A DNA stretch of 64,000 nucleotides from assembly GCA_973851085.1 (NCBI GenBank), contig OZ316775.1, positions 22,258,001 to 22,322,000 of the forward strand, written 5' to 3'. The notes under the pieces are model-generated. The model was not told the DNA's origin. It did no database searches and saw nothing but the letters and a program-made list of their open reading frames with translations. Positions 39,543 through 52,300 of this stretch are shown piece by piece (position 1 is the stretch's first letter; each line of letters begins with the position of its first letter). The DNA comes from Ptychomitrium polyphyllum. Its lineage: Eukaryota. A program made the translations under genes and the position numbers.

Positions 39543-42500
39543 TATCATGGACAAAGATCATGCAACATAGTCTTTGGAACCTTCTAGAACCTTCTAGTAT
39601 ATTATAGAAGCTTATTAGAAAACTTTCAATGTCTTCATAGCTATTTCCACTTCCTCAATAAACTTCCTAGGAAGGTTCTACCTCTTTGAATAACTTCCTA
39701 AAAAAATTCCACCATTTTAACAAACTTCCAAGGAAGCTTCCACTATTTTGGAAAATTTCCAAAGAAGGTTTCATAAACTTCTACAACATTCTTAAGCCTT
39801 GTAGGAAGCTTCTTTGAAAATATCCTAGGGAATATAAGCATCATAGTATAAATAAGAGACAAGACAAGGTATACCTTGGTCTTGTCAATACATGTTGTAC
39901 ATCATATTGTATCTTGCCTTGATGTAGTCTTTCTATCATTTATTATTAATTATTAGCTTTTTGGAAGCTAATTCTTGGAAAATACTTCATCTTTGCTTTT
40001 TGTTTCTTGAGTCCCTAACAATATGGCAAGACTACTCTTTGACTTTATTTGAGCTAAGGTTCTTTGAAGAAGATAGTAGATTATCCATTTTCTTTAGCAT
40101 CCCACAATGCCTTAGGGGTTGCGGATTACCTTTATTTACGCTAACACCATAAGGATGGTTTTTTTTCGAAAACCAAGTATTATTTCTTTTAAAGAAGCAT
40201 CAATCTTTCAAAAAGACAAGGATTAACTTCCTTTGAAGGTATTTATAATCTTCTTGTCTTTGTCAGTCTTAAATATAGGATAACGTGCTTGGAATATCAA
40301 AGAATAGGTTTGCAACTATTGCATTCCTTCACGAGTAATTAAATACAATTTGAACAGAACTTGCTCGCTTCAACACCACCAACAATGTAAAGCAGCACAG
40401 TTGGCAAGTTGTAGAATTTAATGGTAATATTAAAAGTCTATATCAAGAGGTCTTTTGCTTGTAAGAGGCCAATATTGGAAGAGAAGGCTTACATTCAAAT
40501 CATGTTGAGCCAAATATTAGTATGCCAAACAAGTTTGATGGATCAAGATCAAAGCTGAGAGGCTTTATTTAACAAGTAAGGCTCTTTCCCAGTTTGCATT
40601 AATTTCGCTATTCTGATGGCAAGTGGAATTTATAGTCACTCTTCTATCAAATAATGCACTATTGTGATTTGTACCATTAATAAAGATTCAACCATCATTA
40701 TTGAACAATTTAGATGTTTTCATGGAAGCATTGACATCTACTTTTGGAGATACTGATCAAGAAAAGGTGGCTAAAACAAGGATCCAACGTCAACAACAAG
40801 GATAGCGCTCGGCTGCTACATATACTATAGAGTTTCAATAACTAACTTGTGACCTTGATTGGAACAATAAAGCCTTGGCTACGCGATTTCCATGGAACTT
40901 GAGAAAGAATCTAAAAGACTTGCTGCTAATAATGCCAAAGGTTAAAACATTAGATGCATTCATCATTCAAGCAATAGCATGTGACAATAGACTATTTGCA
41001 AGGCGCCAAGAATAACACTTGGAATGGCAATCGGTTCATCAAGGTATGGCAACCATTTCTTTAAAAACATTGGAAAGTCGACTTCAAAGACCACAATCAA
41101 TGAAAATTGATGCTACCCAATTTAGACGTTTGACTCTAAAAGTAAAAGAAAGGTGTCAAAGAAGAAACCTATGTTTGTATTGGGGCAAGTCTATACATAA
41201 AATGCGCAATTGTCAAATCAAGGGATTTGCTTTTAAGGCTCAAAGTACAACGGTGGAGTTGAACAACAAGGCTGTCCAATCACAGTAGTCACCATGCAAT
41301 TAGACACCACAAAAAAATGACCATCAAATCAATGTCTCTTCCTACCTCCAACCCCTATATCTTGTTTTATGTTTCCTATCAAAATTAAGTATCAAATGAT
41401 GAAATAATTAGTGAAGCTCTTTTAGACACTGGTACAATGGCATATTTATGGACAAGGATTTTGCAATTAAATACCATATGGTGCTTGTGAACAAAAAACA
41501 TCCTGTACATGTTGAAGTTATCAATGGACGATCACTTGCATCTATCAATGTTATTAAAGAAACTCAGCCCTTGGAGGTTTTTTTAGAAGACCAAGCATCT
41601 AGAATTGTCTTCAACATCATTCAATGCTAAACAAATCCTATTGTCTTGGGCCTTTCTTGGTTTAAATTACATAATCTAGACATTGATTGGCGTTTACAGA
41701 AAATATGTCAATGTACAAGAAATTTTGGACCATTATTAATTGAAATTAAGGCATTCATGAGAGCGGCAAAGTATTAATTAATGTATGTCATTTATGCTAC
41801 GCCAATGTCCAACTCTACTCCAAAAACTCATTAAGGCATACTTCAGCAATACTAAGATTATGAAGACATTTTTGAGAAGGACAATGCGAACAAAGCATCG
41901 GCCTTACGATTGTGCCATCAAGTTGCAACCCAACCATCTTTTGAACCTATCTATAATCTATTACAAACAAAGTTGACTGCCTTAAGATAATATATTAATA
42001 AAAATCTCAAAAAGGGCTTCATCCAATACTCTAAATTACTTGCTGGAGCATCCATCCTATTTGTAAAGAAGAAAGATGGATCATTACGTATGTGCGTGGA
42101 CTATCAAGGCCTCAACAAAGTAACAAAAAAGAATTGCTATCCATTACCAACAATCCAAAGATTCCTGCAGCAATTTGATCAAGCAAAGATATTTACTAAG
42201 ATTGGTCTTAGAAGAGCGTACAATCTTATACGCATCAAAGAAGGAGATAAATGGAAGACAACTTTTTTATTTAGGTATGGCCATTTTGAATATTATATCA
42301 TGCCTTTTGTCCTTATTAATGCCCCTATAATCTTCCAATACATGATGAATGATATCTTCCATGAACATTTAGACACCTTTGTAGTCATCTACTAAGATGA
42401 CATTTTGATATATTCAAAAGATGAACAAGACCATGAATGTATGTGCAACTGGTTTTAGAAAAGCTACGCCTGCAAGGATTATATGCCAAATTTAGAAGTG

Positions 42501-43097
42501 TTTTTTCCATAAATTTTTATTGAAGTTCTAGACTACATCATTTACAAAAAAGGAATCCATATAGATGAGAAAAAAATAAGCACTGTCATAGAGTGGAGTA
42601 TACCAAGATCAATTCAAGATATTCAATGCTTGTTGGGATTTGCAAACTTCTATAGGACATTCATCAAGGATTATTCCAAGATTGCGACACCATTGACATG
42701 ATTTATGGAGAAGCAAAAAATCACTTGGAATGAAAAAGTGGAAAATGCATTTTAAGGTTTAAAAAGACATTCATGTCGGCTCCAATCTTTATTCATCCAA
42801 ATCCGTCAAAGCCTGTCTATTTGGAAGCAGATGCCTCAGACTTAGCGCTTGGTTCAGTAGTCTCACAATATGATGAAGATAGGAGACTCCACCCTATTGC
42901 CTTTTGGTCAAAGAAGTTTTTAGCAACATGCATCAACTATGATATACATGATAAGGAATCACTTGCAATTATGGATGCGTTTGAGGAATGTTGACACTTG
43001 TTGGAAGAAGCTCAACATACCATCACGATATACGTACTACAAGAACTTGGAATATTTTAGAAGTATGCACATTATAAATTGCCGTCAAGCAAAGTAG
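39543..43097 (+). mobile_element. Truncated, degenerate Tcn1-like Ty3/gypsy copy (5' LTR 39543-40020, gag, protease, RT, part of RNase H)
   Basis: Colinear homologue of the 47994-62630 element. RT motifs [20 protein letters not shown] and [13 protein letters not shown]; RNase H LEADASD. Many stops and frameshifts. Confidence 0.9.
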
Positions 43098-43676
43098 TAT
43101 TAAGGACATATGAAATAAAGAATAGAATCAAAATGTTTCCAAAGTATCAGCTTCCAAAGAACTAATGATTAACAAGAATTTGAAACAAAAACTGAATTAA
43201 GGCATTATACAATGTGATTCACAAATTGTGTTGGCAAAAATATAGAATACCTTGTCTTGCCTCCCATTTTTACTATAACGCTTGTATCTCCTAGAATACT
43301 TCTAAAGAAGCTTCATATAAGGTTTAAAAATATTCAAAAAATTTATGGAAGCATTTCAAGAAGTTCTTAAAATATTGAGACCTTTGTAAAAAGCCTTTAA
43401 GGAATTGGAACCTTCTTTGGAAGTTTCCTAAGGAGGTAGAACTTCCTAAGAAGTTTTCTGAGGTGATGGAATATTTCTACGAAGTGTCATGAGGTGTTAG
43501 AACACTCCTAGGAAGTTTTCTTGGTATGATGGAATCTTCGTAGGAAATATCCTAAGAATGTAAAAATAGCTATAGAGACATTGAAAGTATTTTAAAAAGC
43601 TATTACAATATATCATAAGGTTTTAGAAGGTTTTGAAGACTATATTGTATGATCTGTATTTATAACATCACCTCCA
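43098..43676 (-). mobile_element. Inverted 3' LTR of the same Tcn1-like family (43667-43098) with a PPT stub
   Basis: Reverse complement reads tggaggtga|TGTTATAAATACAGATCATACAATATAG...gtccttaata, homologous to 61912-62630. Confidence 0.85.
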
Positions 43677-45199
43677 TACATGGCAGCTATTATTGGATTA
43701 CAAGATGTTATACTTGATACTACAAGAGTCTCTCTATTAATCACCCTCTATTGGTACTATCGGACATCCTTTAATGGTAACAATTGGATGATGAGCAGTG
43801 CTCTGCTAGTTCAAACAAACATATTTAGATCCACTTTTGTAGGATCTTTGATCTAGTATTTCAACCTTCAACCAAGAGAGTTGAGGGAGTGTTGTAGTTT
43901 GTTCTCTTTCAATGAAACAAGTTATACGCTATCGTGGTGAGAATGGTAGCTATAGGATACATAGGGTTTTTTTAGCATCTAATTGATTAAGGTCAAGATG
44001 CATGAAGAGATTTTATTTCTAACATCTAATGAAGCAAATACTTTATCCCAAAATTTCCTTTTACATTGCCTTGAAAATTCCAAATGCTAAATATGACATA
44101 ACTTCTAGCAAACTAATCCAAAGAATTTTAATTTTTTACTAAACCTTCTTAAAATATTTAATATACTATATATAAATTTTGGTTGCCAAATCCTTAATAT
44201 CCTCTAAGATCCATAACTTCAAAGTTTACATTTTTCATTGCTACAGCTTCTATACCCCTATCACTTTACCACTTCATAACTCTCATTTTATCGCAAATTC
44301 AAATTTTAAACAAAGTTATAATAAACAACTATGTATCTTATAATAAACAACTTGTCAAATGATCAACCTTAAAAATTCCTTCAATCATCTACAATGACCC
44401 AAATTGTGCAATTCTAAATTCTAATGTACACTGCCCTCTAAGTCTCGGTTGCATTTTTCTTTGTATTTTTTTCTCAAGAAGTCCAATGCTCACCAATTCT
44501 AAATACCATCTTTTCCTCAAAATTTCACGTACAAAAAATGTTTCTATAAGAAGTTACGAATATTTAAACTAGCTACCCTCAAAAACTCAAGGCAGCTAAC
44601 TTAACTTTATTCAAACTAAAGCCACAACCACATACTAACTCCACGTATAATGGCTTTTTGAAAAGCTTACAAAGAAAAAAAGAAAATCCAAGAAAAATCA
44701 ACTTAAACTAAGAAGTATACTATGAGATCTCTTCCAAAGAAGGGCTGCCTTTTTATTCTAGTGAGAGAGGCTGAGAGAGAAGAAGAAGGCGGTGGTTTAG
44801 GGTCCACATCCACCCCTTATCACTTCACATTAGCTATATCTCTCCACATCAGCTCTTAATCCTTATAAAATCTTTATTTAACCATATCTTCAAATAAGAA
44901 ACAACCGAAATCCTTTTTTTTTGCTTTTCTTTATTTTCTTTATATTGGTTGAAACTTTTAGGTTTTAACTACAAAGCAGATAAACTCAACTCTCACAAAT
45001 CTAAAATAGAAACTAAAACAACTAAAAAAAGTAGGAAAAAGATTGAAATTCAACAAGAAACAAGTTAAGAATATAACCATTGTCGAGGTAGATTCAAACA
45101 TTAAGTCATGAATTTGGTTGACTGGATAAGTTTTAGCTGTTGAATCGGTTTGACTTCGATTCTTGTCAAATTCGTTCAATAGAACTACAGCACTTGACT

Positions 45200-47993
45200 T
45201 GGAACTACTAGCGAAAATGGCAGGTAGGAAAAATTACAATCAACTGGCCTAATCACCCTGAGCTAAGACAAAATGCGGTTCCACCTCCAAGATAAATAAA
45301 AATTGTGGTTTTACCACGACCTTTATTTTAATCTAATTAATTTTTTTTCCTAATACTCTTTTCCAAATACACCAAACAGCAAATACTACTCAAGTTTTAA
45401 ACTATACAATTAAATGCATCACAACACTGTCATCACTTGTAAAGATATTCAATCCACCTAATCCATTCTTCTTAATAGACCATGGTTAAAAAAAACTCAG
45501 ATTATTCATGATTGGGCAAGTAATGAATTTAGCATTATGATTAATAGAACGGTTAGAACCATCCCAATTCAACGGGAACTTGGTCTTGAAGCAACCACAC
45601 CCGATGTTTTAATATCCTATAACTTTGTTCATGGGATTATTGATGAGGAAGTGGATATATTACTGGCATTCTAAAAATACCTTCATTTACTCAGTACCCT
45701 TATTATTTCCAACCTACATAATTCCTTTTCATTGGAAAATCCATTTACGATCATTCTTCATAGCCCGGGTTCCATACCCATCAATGCTACACCAATCAAG
45801 GATATCCTAGATTGCCACAAGGTTGCAAATTGGAACACTACCAAATAATTCCAATTTCACCTTTTAAACTTCAATACTACCAAGAACCCGTTTATCATCA
45901 AGATTAATACTGACATCCTAGATTAGCTAGTACTCAAGCGGAAGACTTATTTTGCAAATTTAAGAATGTCTTTGCATTGACTTATATTGATTTAACATGA
46001 ATACCAGCTTATATTGTCCAACATTGTATGAACCTTAGTATTACATTCTTCCTTCACACCAAACTCACTATTGCATGAATCCAAACTATGCTAAGGCAGT
46101 CAAAGATGACCTCAATCGTCTCTTCATTGCAAGTTTTATTTTCCCAATAGTGGAAGCATCCTAGCTATCTTCCATTGTCGTTGTCCTCAAGAAGAACAAA
46201 AAACTTTGTATTTGTGTAGATTTTTGTAGGCTCAATGCCGCCACAAAAAAATACCCTTGCCCCCTTTTGTTTACAGATGATGTCCAAGACTCAGTAGCTG
46301 AGCATGCATTGTGTTCATTATTTGATGGATTTTTGGGTTATCATCAAATTCAAATCCACCCGAACGACTAACACAAAATTGCGTTTATTATCAAATGGGG
46401 AGCATTTAATTGGATGGTCATGTCGTTTGGACTTAAGAACGCACTTCCAACATACCAACGAGTAGTGAATCATGCCTTCAAGGACTATCTTGGCAATTTC
46501 ATGAAAATATTTTTAGACCGCTTCAGCGTTTATAGCAACATTGATTCACACCTTGCTAAACTGCGCTTATGTTTTTTCAAGTGTCGTAAATTTAGTGTCA
46601 CCTTCAATCCTGATAAATGCCATTTTATTGCCTATTTAGGCACAATTCTCAGTTATATCGTCTCCAAAGCTAGTAAATTCCCTGTTCCAGCCAAAATTCA
46701 GGATTTAGTCAATATGTCTCCCTCCGCCCTCCTCCCTCCCTCACCCTCCTCCCTCCCTCCCTCTCTCAACATCAAAGAAATTCAAGTTTTTAATGGCTTA
46801 GTTCAATTTAATCAATGCTTTATTTGTAACTAAGCTGCCATCATTGCCTTCATGACCAAAGTTAAAAAGAAAAACAAGCCTTTTCATTGGACTACCGGCT
46901 TTGCTACCGCTTACTCAAAAATCAAAGCCCAATACCTATTGGCACCAATCCTCATTTCTGTAAACTAGCAACTAAAGTTCCATATCCATATCAATGCTTC
47001 GGACCTTGCACTTGGTGCCCATGCTTGCACAAAGCCCTATTGGTCAAGTGGACCAATCCATTGCTTATGCATCATGTCTATTTGATAAGGTTGAGAAGAA
47101 TTAAATCACCACCAGACTAGGAGCGTTGGCTACGGTCTATACCATTAACAAATTCCGGCATTACTTCTTGGACAACAAGTTTTTTTTTTATGTCAATCAC
47201 ATGGCTCTCATCTATTTGGTCAACAAAACCGAGGTATTAGGCCAAATTTCTTGATGGCTATTATTATTTATGGAATTTGATTTTACTATGGTCTATAAAT
47301 CCGGTAAAACTCACGGTATTGTAGACGCATTCTTCCGCAACTTTGCCAGTAGTTCCCCTACTCCCATTAACAACAACCCTATTGATGCTTCAATATCTAC
47401 CGTCAAATCCGAGTGGTTATATATCATTGCCAATTATCTTTGTACCGAAAAAATCCCAATCGACTACATCCTCAAACGCTGCAAACGTTTAGTTTTTAAA
47501 GCTATCCCTTTTACACTTATTGACAATACTCCTTACCGCCAAGGCAAAGATCTAATTTTTTGTTGCTGCATCTCTATAACTAAAATAACAAAGATCCTTA
47601 CCAAACTTCATAATAGTACTTCCAGTGGACACTTTTCAGTTGACATCACTATTCGAAAAATCCAAGATGTTGGTTATAAGTGGCCAATCCTATATAAAGA
47701 TACTTTCAATCATTGTTGCACCTGCCCTACTTGTCAACAAAGTGACAACCTTACAAAATTCATAAATACCAAATTAGTTCCATCTTTATCGCCTTAATTT
47801 TTTATGAAATGGGGCCTCGATTCTAATGGCCTTCTCCCTCAAATCTGACACCATGGTCATCTACACATCTTCCTAGCTACCGATTATGCTACCAAGTGAG
47901 TCAAAGGCATTGCTTTGAAAGGCAACACCATCCACAAAACCACTTGGTTCCTGTAGACAAACATCCTCACCCCCGTTGGCTAATTCCTTCACA
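45200..47993 (+). mobile_element. Old degenerate non-chromovirus Ty3/gypsy pol (RT, RNase H, start of integrase), truncated by the Tcn1-like element
   Basis: RT ICVDFCRLNAATKK, FDGFLGYHQI and VMSFGLKNALPTYQR..FLD. Integrase zinc finger LHNSTSSGHFS...CPTCQ and FMKWGLD..ATDYATK. The left boundary is uncertain. Confidence 0.8.
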
Positions 47994-49345
47994 TGTCACA
48001 GATATAGATCATGCAACGTAGTTCTTGGAACATTCTAGAACCTTCTAATATACTATAATAGCTTCTTACCATACTTTTAGATGTCTCCATAGTCTTTTCA
48101 CGTTCTTAGGAAGCTTTCTAAGAAAGTTCCTCCACCTTAGGAAACTTCCTACGAAGGTTCCATCATCTAAGGTAACCTCCTAGGAAGGTTCTATCATCTT
48201 AAGTAACTTCCTACAAAACTTCCTAGGTGTTGGAGACTAGAGTTGCTTGTAGTATTTATGGTGGTGTAAATAGTATTGTATTGTGGTAGATATAGAAGGA
48301 GAGAAAATGAAGAGAAAAGGAGGAGAGGGGAAAGCCACTTAAGAGGTACATATATGATACACGGTCAACGTGGTAGGACCAATCCACATGTCTTGCATGG
48401 GAAGGCAAGGACAAGTGGGTGTATGAGTTGGCATAAAGGAACTTGCAAGTGGCTTTGAAAAGCTACGTGCAAGATACTTGAGAAGGACCTTAAAAAGTGC
48501 TTGAAACGTCACTACGTGGTAGTATAAGTAAAGGCCTTTGAGAGAAGGCAACATCTCATTCCAAGCATTGTTTGTACTCATCTATGTGGTTCTATACTTG
48601 TGCAATCTTCTTCTCTACTTCTAATGACTTTAATAGGTTATAGGCCCACTCATGTGAGTTGCGAGTGTAAAGTTTTTGTTGCAAAGTTGTTTGGAGGAGG
48701 TCTTTTGAGAGTTTGAGGTGCATAAGGACTGATTTGGAGCATTGGAGGTGCACAAGAGCTGATTTTAGAGCTTTGGAGGTGCACAAAGGCTCATTTGGAG
48801 TATTGGTGAGCACAAGGGCTAATTTAGAGTCGTGGAAGTGCATTGGAGAATTGGAAACGGCTTGAGAAGGCACAAAGAGTTGGAAAAGCGGAGGTAGAGC
48901 AGATCAATGCGTTTGGACCTTGTAAGTGTTCAATCCAAGTAGATGTGTTCAATTGCTCTTCAAAGGTGCTGATTTGGATGAATGATGTGCTTAGATGCAC
49001 ATTGGAGTCTAGGCGGAGCTCTTTGATGTTGTTCAAGTCCATATTTGCATGTATGAGCAAAGAAGGGGCTGATTTGATTGAATGAGGTGCAAAGGTGTGC
49101 ATTTGAGTTTAGAAAGAGTGAATTTGAGTGTTTGAGTTGTACCTTTGATCATTTGAGCTTAGAAGAGACTTGTTTGAGAAACTTGAATGAATACTTGCAC
49201 ATCAAAGCCTTGTAGGGGCTGATGTGAGTATTGTAGGTGCTTGCAAGCACATTGGAGCCTAAAAAAGGCTCAAGTTGAGTGATTGAGGTACCTTAGTGCA
49301 CAATCAAACCTTGGAGGAGTTGATCTTGGCCATTAAAACGTTGTC

Positions 49346-52300
49346 ATGGCCACATTTGAGAGAGAGTGCTAGGAGCATTAACAAGTTCAATGGGGATAAC
49401 TTTGGCCTTTGGAAGTTCCGCATGGAGATGGTCTTGTCATCCATGGACCTTTGGGATATCGTGGAGGAGACCGAGGAACCCCCCGCAAGTGATGAAGATC
49501 CAAAGGTAATAGAAGTGTACAATTGCCGCGCAAAGAAGGCCTTGTCCGTCATTGGATTGAGTTTGGTGAATGTCCAACTTGCGCACATCAAGAGTTGCAA
49601 AGGAACAGCGGAAGCATGGAAGTCATTGTGCAACATCCACAAAACAAAGAGCTTGTCAAACATCCTCTTTGTTCGCCGCAAGTTCTTCACCATCAAGATG
49701 CAAGAAGGTGATGACTTGATGGACTACATCAACCATGTAAGGGTGCTTGCGGATCAGCTCACATCCTTCGAGGTCCTCGTGAGAGAGGAAGATGTAGTGA
49801 TGGCATTGCTTGAGAGTTTGCCGCCGTCATTTGAGAACTTAATCATTGCCTTGGAGACATTACGATTGAAGGACCTCACCTTGGAGTTTGTAACGGCGAG
49901 AATGATGCATGAAGTGAATAAGCGCAAAGAGAAGGAGAGCCATGGCGATGATGCGGCCTTGTATTCAAAGCAAATCAAGGAGGGCAGCTCATCTTCACGT
50001 GGAGAATCAAGGTTGTGTTACAATTGTGGCAAGCTGGGCTACCTTGCACAAAATTGCACCAAACCAAAGAAGTGGGAGCGCGACAACCCAAACCAAGCAA
50101 AGGACAAGGAGAATGCCAACCATGCAAAGGAGGATGATGACTACGCCTTTGCTACTCAAGATGGTCCTCATTCCAAGTTCACGTCCAAGTGGATCATGGA
50201 TTCGAGCGCCACGAAGCACATGACACCTCATAGGGTGACATTCGACACATATGAGGTAATTAGTCCACGCAACGTGCATTTGGGTGATGATAGTGTTGTG
50301 GACGCCTTTGGAGTAGGTTCCATTGTTGTGGAAGTCCTTGTGAGAGGCCATTCGAAGAAAGTCACAATCAAGGATGTCCTCCACGTGCCCAAGTTGCAAG
50401 CAAACTTGCTTTCGGTGAGCAAGCTTGTGTCAAGTGGGTTGAAGGTGCAATTCAATGTGCATGGGTGCACATTGAAGGCACCAAATGGCAATGTACTTGC
50501 GGTAGCCCCTCGTCAAAACAACTTGTATCAAGTCCCCTTTACAAAGGTACATGAGGCGGATGCGGCCAACATAGCACAATCGTCAACAACGAGTGGTGCG
50601 ATGGAGCTTTGGCATCGCCAACTTGGTCATTTGAATGTAAGAAGTGTGCGTTTTCTTGGAAGCATGGTAAGCGGCATGACCTTTGGTAAGGATGAATCAT
50701 CTATACCGTTTTGTGAAGGATGTGTGCAAGGCAAACAACATAGAGCACCATTTCCAAAGGATGGAGGTATGCGTGCTATAAAACCTTTGGAGATTGTGCA
50801 TTCGGATGTGTGTGGCCTGATGAGGACCACTTCCATTGGTAGTGCAAGATACTTTGTGACCTTCATTGATGACTTTTCGAGGAGGGTGTGGTTGTACACA
50901 TTGAAGACGAAGGAGGAGTGCCTTGAGAAGTTTAAGGAGTTCAAGGCACTTGCGGAGACACAATCAAAGTACAAGATCAAGGCATTCCAGTTGGACAATG
51001 GTGGGGAGTTCATACCCAAGGCCTTTTGACGCTTATTGAAGAACCACGGCATCAAGAGGCAACCGTCAACACCTTACTTGCCAGAGTAAAACGGAGTGGT
51101 GGAGCGTGCAAATTGCACCATTGTAGAGATGGCAAGAAGCATGATTCATGCTCAACGCCTCAAGCTCTTGTTTTGGGCGGAAGCAGAGTCCAATGCGGTA
51201 TACATTTGTAATTGGTGTCCTACAAGGGCGCATGTCACCGTTACACCACAAGAAGCCTAGAATGGCTGCAAGCCATGCGTTGCACACATGCGCGTGTTTG
51301 GTTGCATTGCATTTATAAAGGTGCAAGATGCAAAGAGGGATAAGCTCGATGCTAAAGGAACCAAGTGTTTATTTTTTGGATATTGCAAGGGAACCAAGGC
51401 ATATCGCTTCATGTGTGTTGAAACACGGAAGATCATTAGGAGTCGTGATATAGTGTTTGATGAGGATAGCACTAGCGTTGGTCATGGTTTGGAGATGAGT
51501 CCAAGTGGAAGTAGTGATACGCCTTCGTTGGTTTTGGTGGACGTATCTTTCAAACCAACTCCCTCACACAAGAGTGATGATGATACCAAGAAGGAAGAGT
51601 CGGTGGACGACGAACAAGATGTAACATCTTCACCAACATCTACACAAAGTGTAGGCCTAGAGGTCGAATCCAAACAAGAACCTTGGTACCCAACGAGGGA
51701 ACGACGTCTACCTGGAGAGTGGTGGAAGAACCACATCTTGCCACAACATGAAGAAGAGCGGATCAATGTGGCCACTCTCAACGATCCATTAAATGTAGGC
51801 GAAGCAATGAGATCGGAAGATGCAAGCAAGTGGAAGGTGGCCATGCAAGAGGAGTATGACTCACTCATGGCAAATGAGACGTGGGAGTTGGCTCCGCTTC
51901 AAAAGGGTTGTAAGAGCGTTGGGTGCATGTCGCGCACCTCGCCCTGAGGAGTGCCCGCAACACTAAGGGCACAAGGGGGACCCCGAAGTGACGTCCGGGA
52001 CTTGTGGCGCCGATAGTGAGGAGAATCGAGTGGGCCTAATATGGGAGAGACCCCTAGGGGGAGAAACATCCTTGCCCATGTAGATCGAGGGCCACGAGGG
52101 ATAAATCGTGGGCATTGGAGGAATCACGAAGAGCTGATTCTAGAATGTTAAGGATTGCCCAAATCGGACATAGGAGCTAAAAGTTATGGCACCCCAAAGT
52201 TGGGGTTGCCAAGGGGCTGTTGTGGAGTGTGGCAGCTCTACACAGTGACTGTGCTGGAGTGGGATAGTCCAGGGAGGGACTCCCCGGGAGTCCCGAACCT

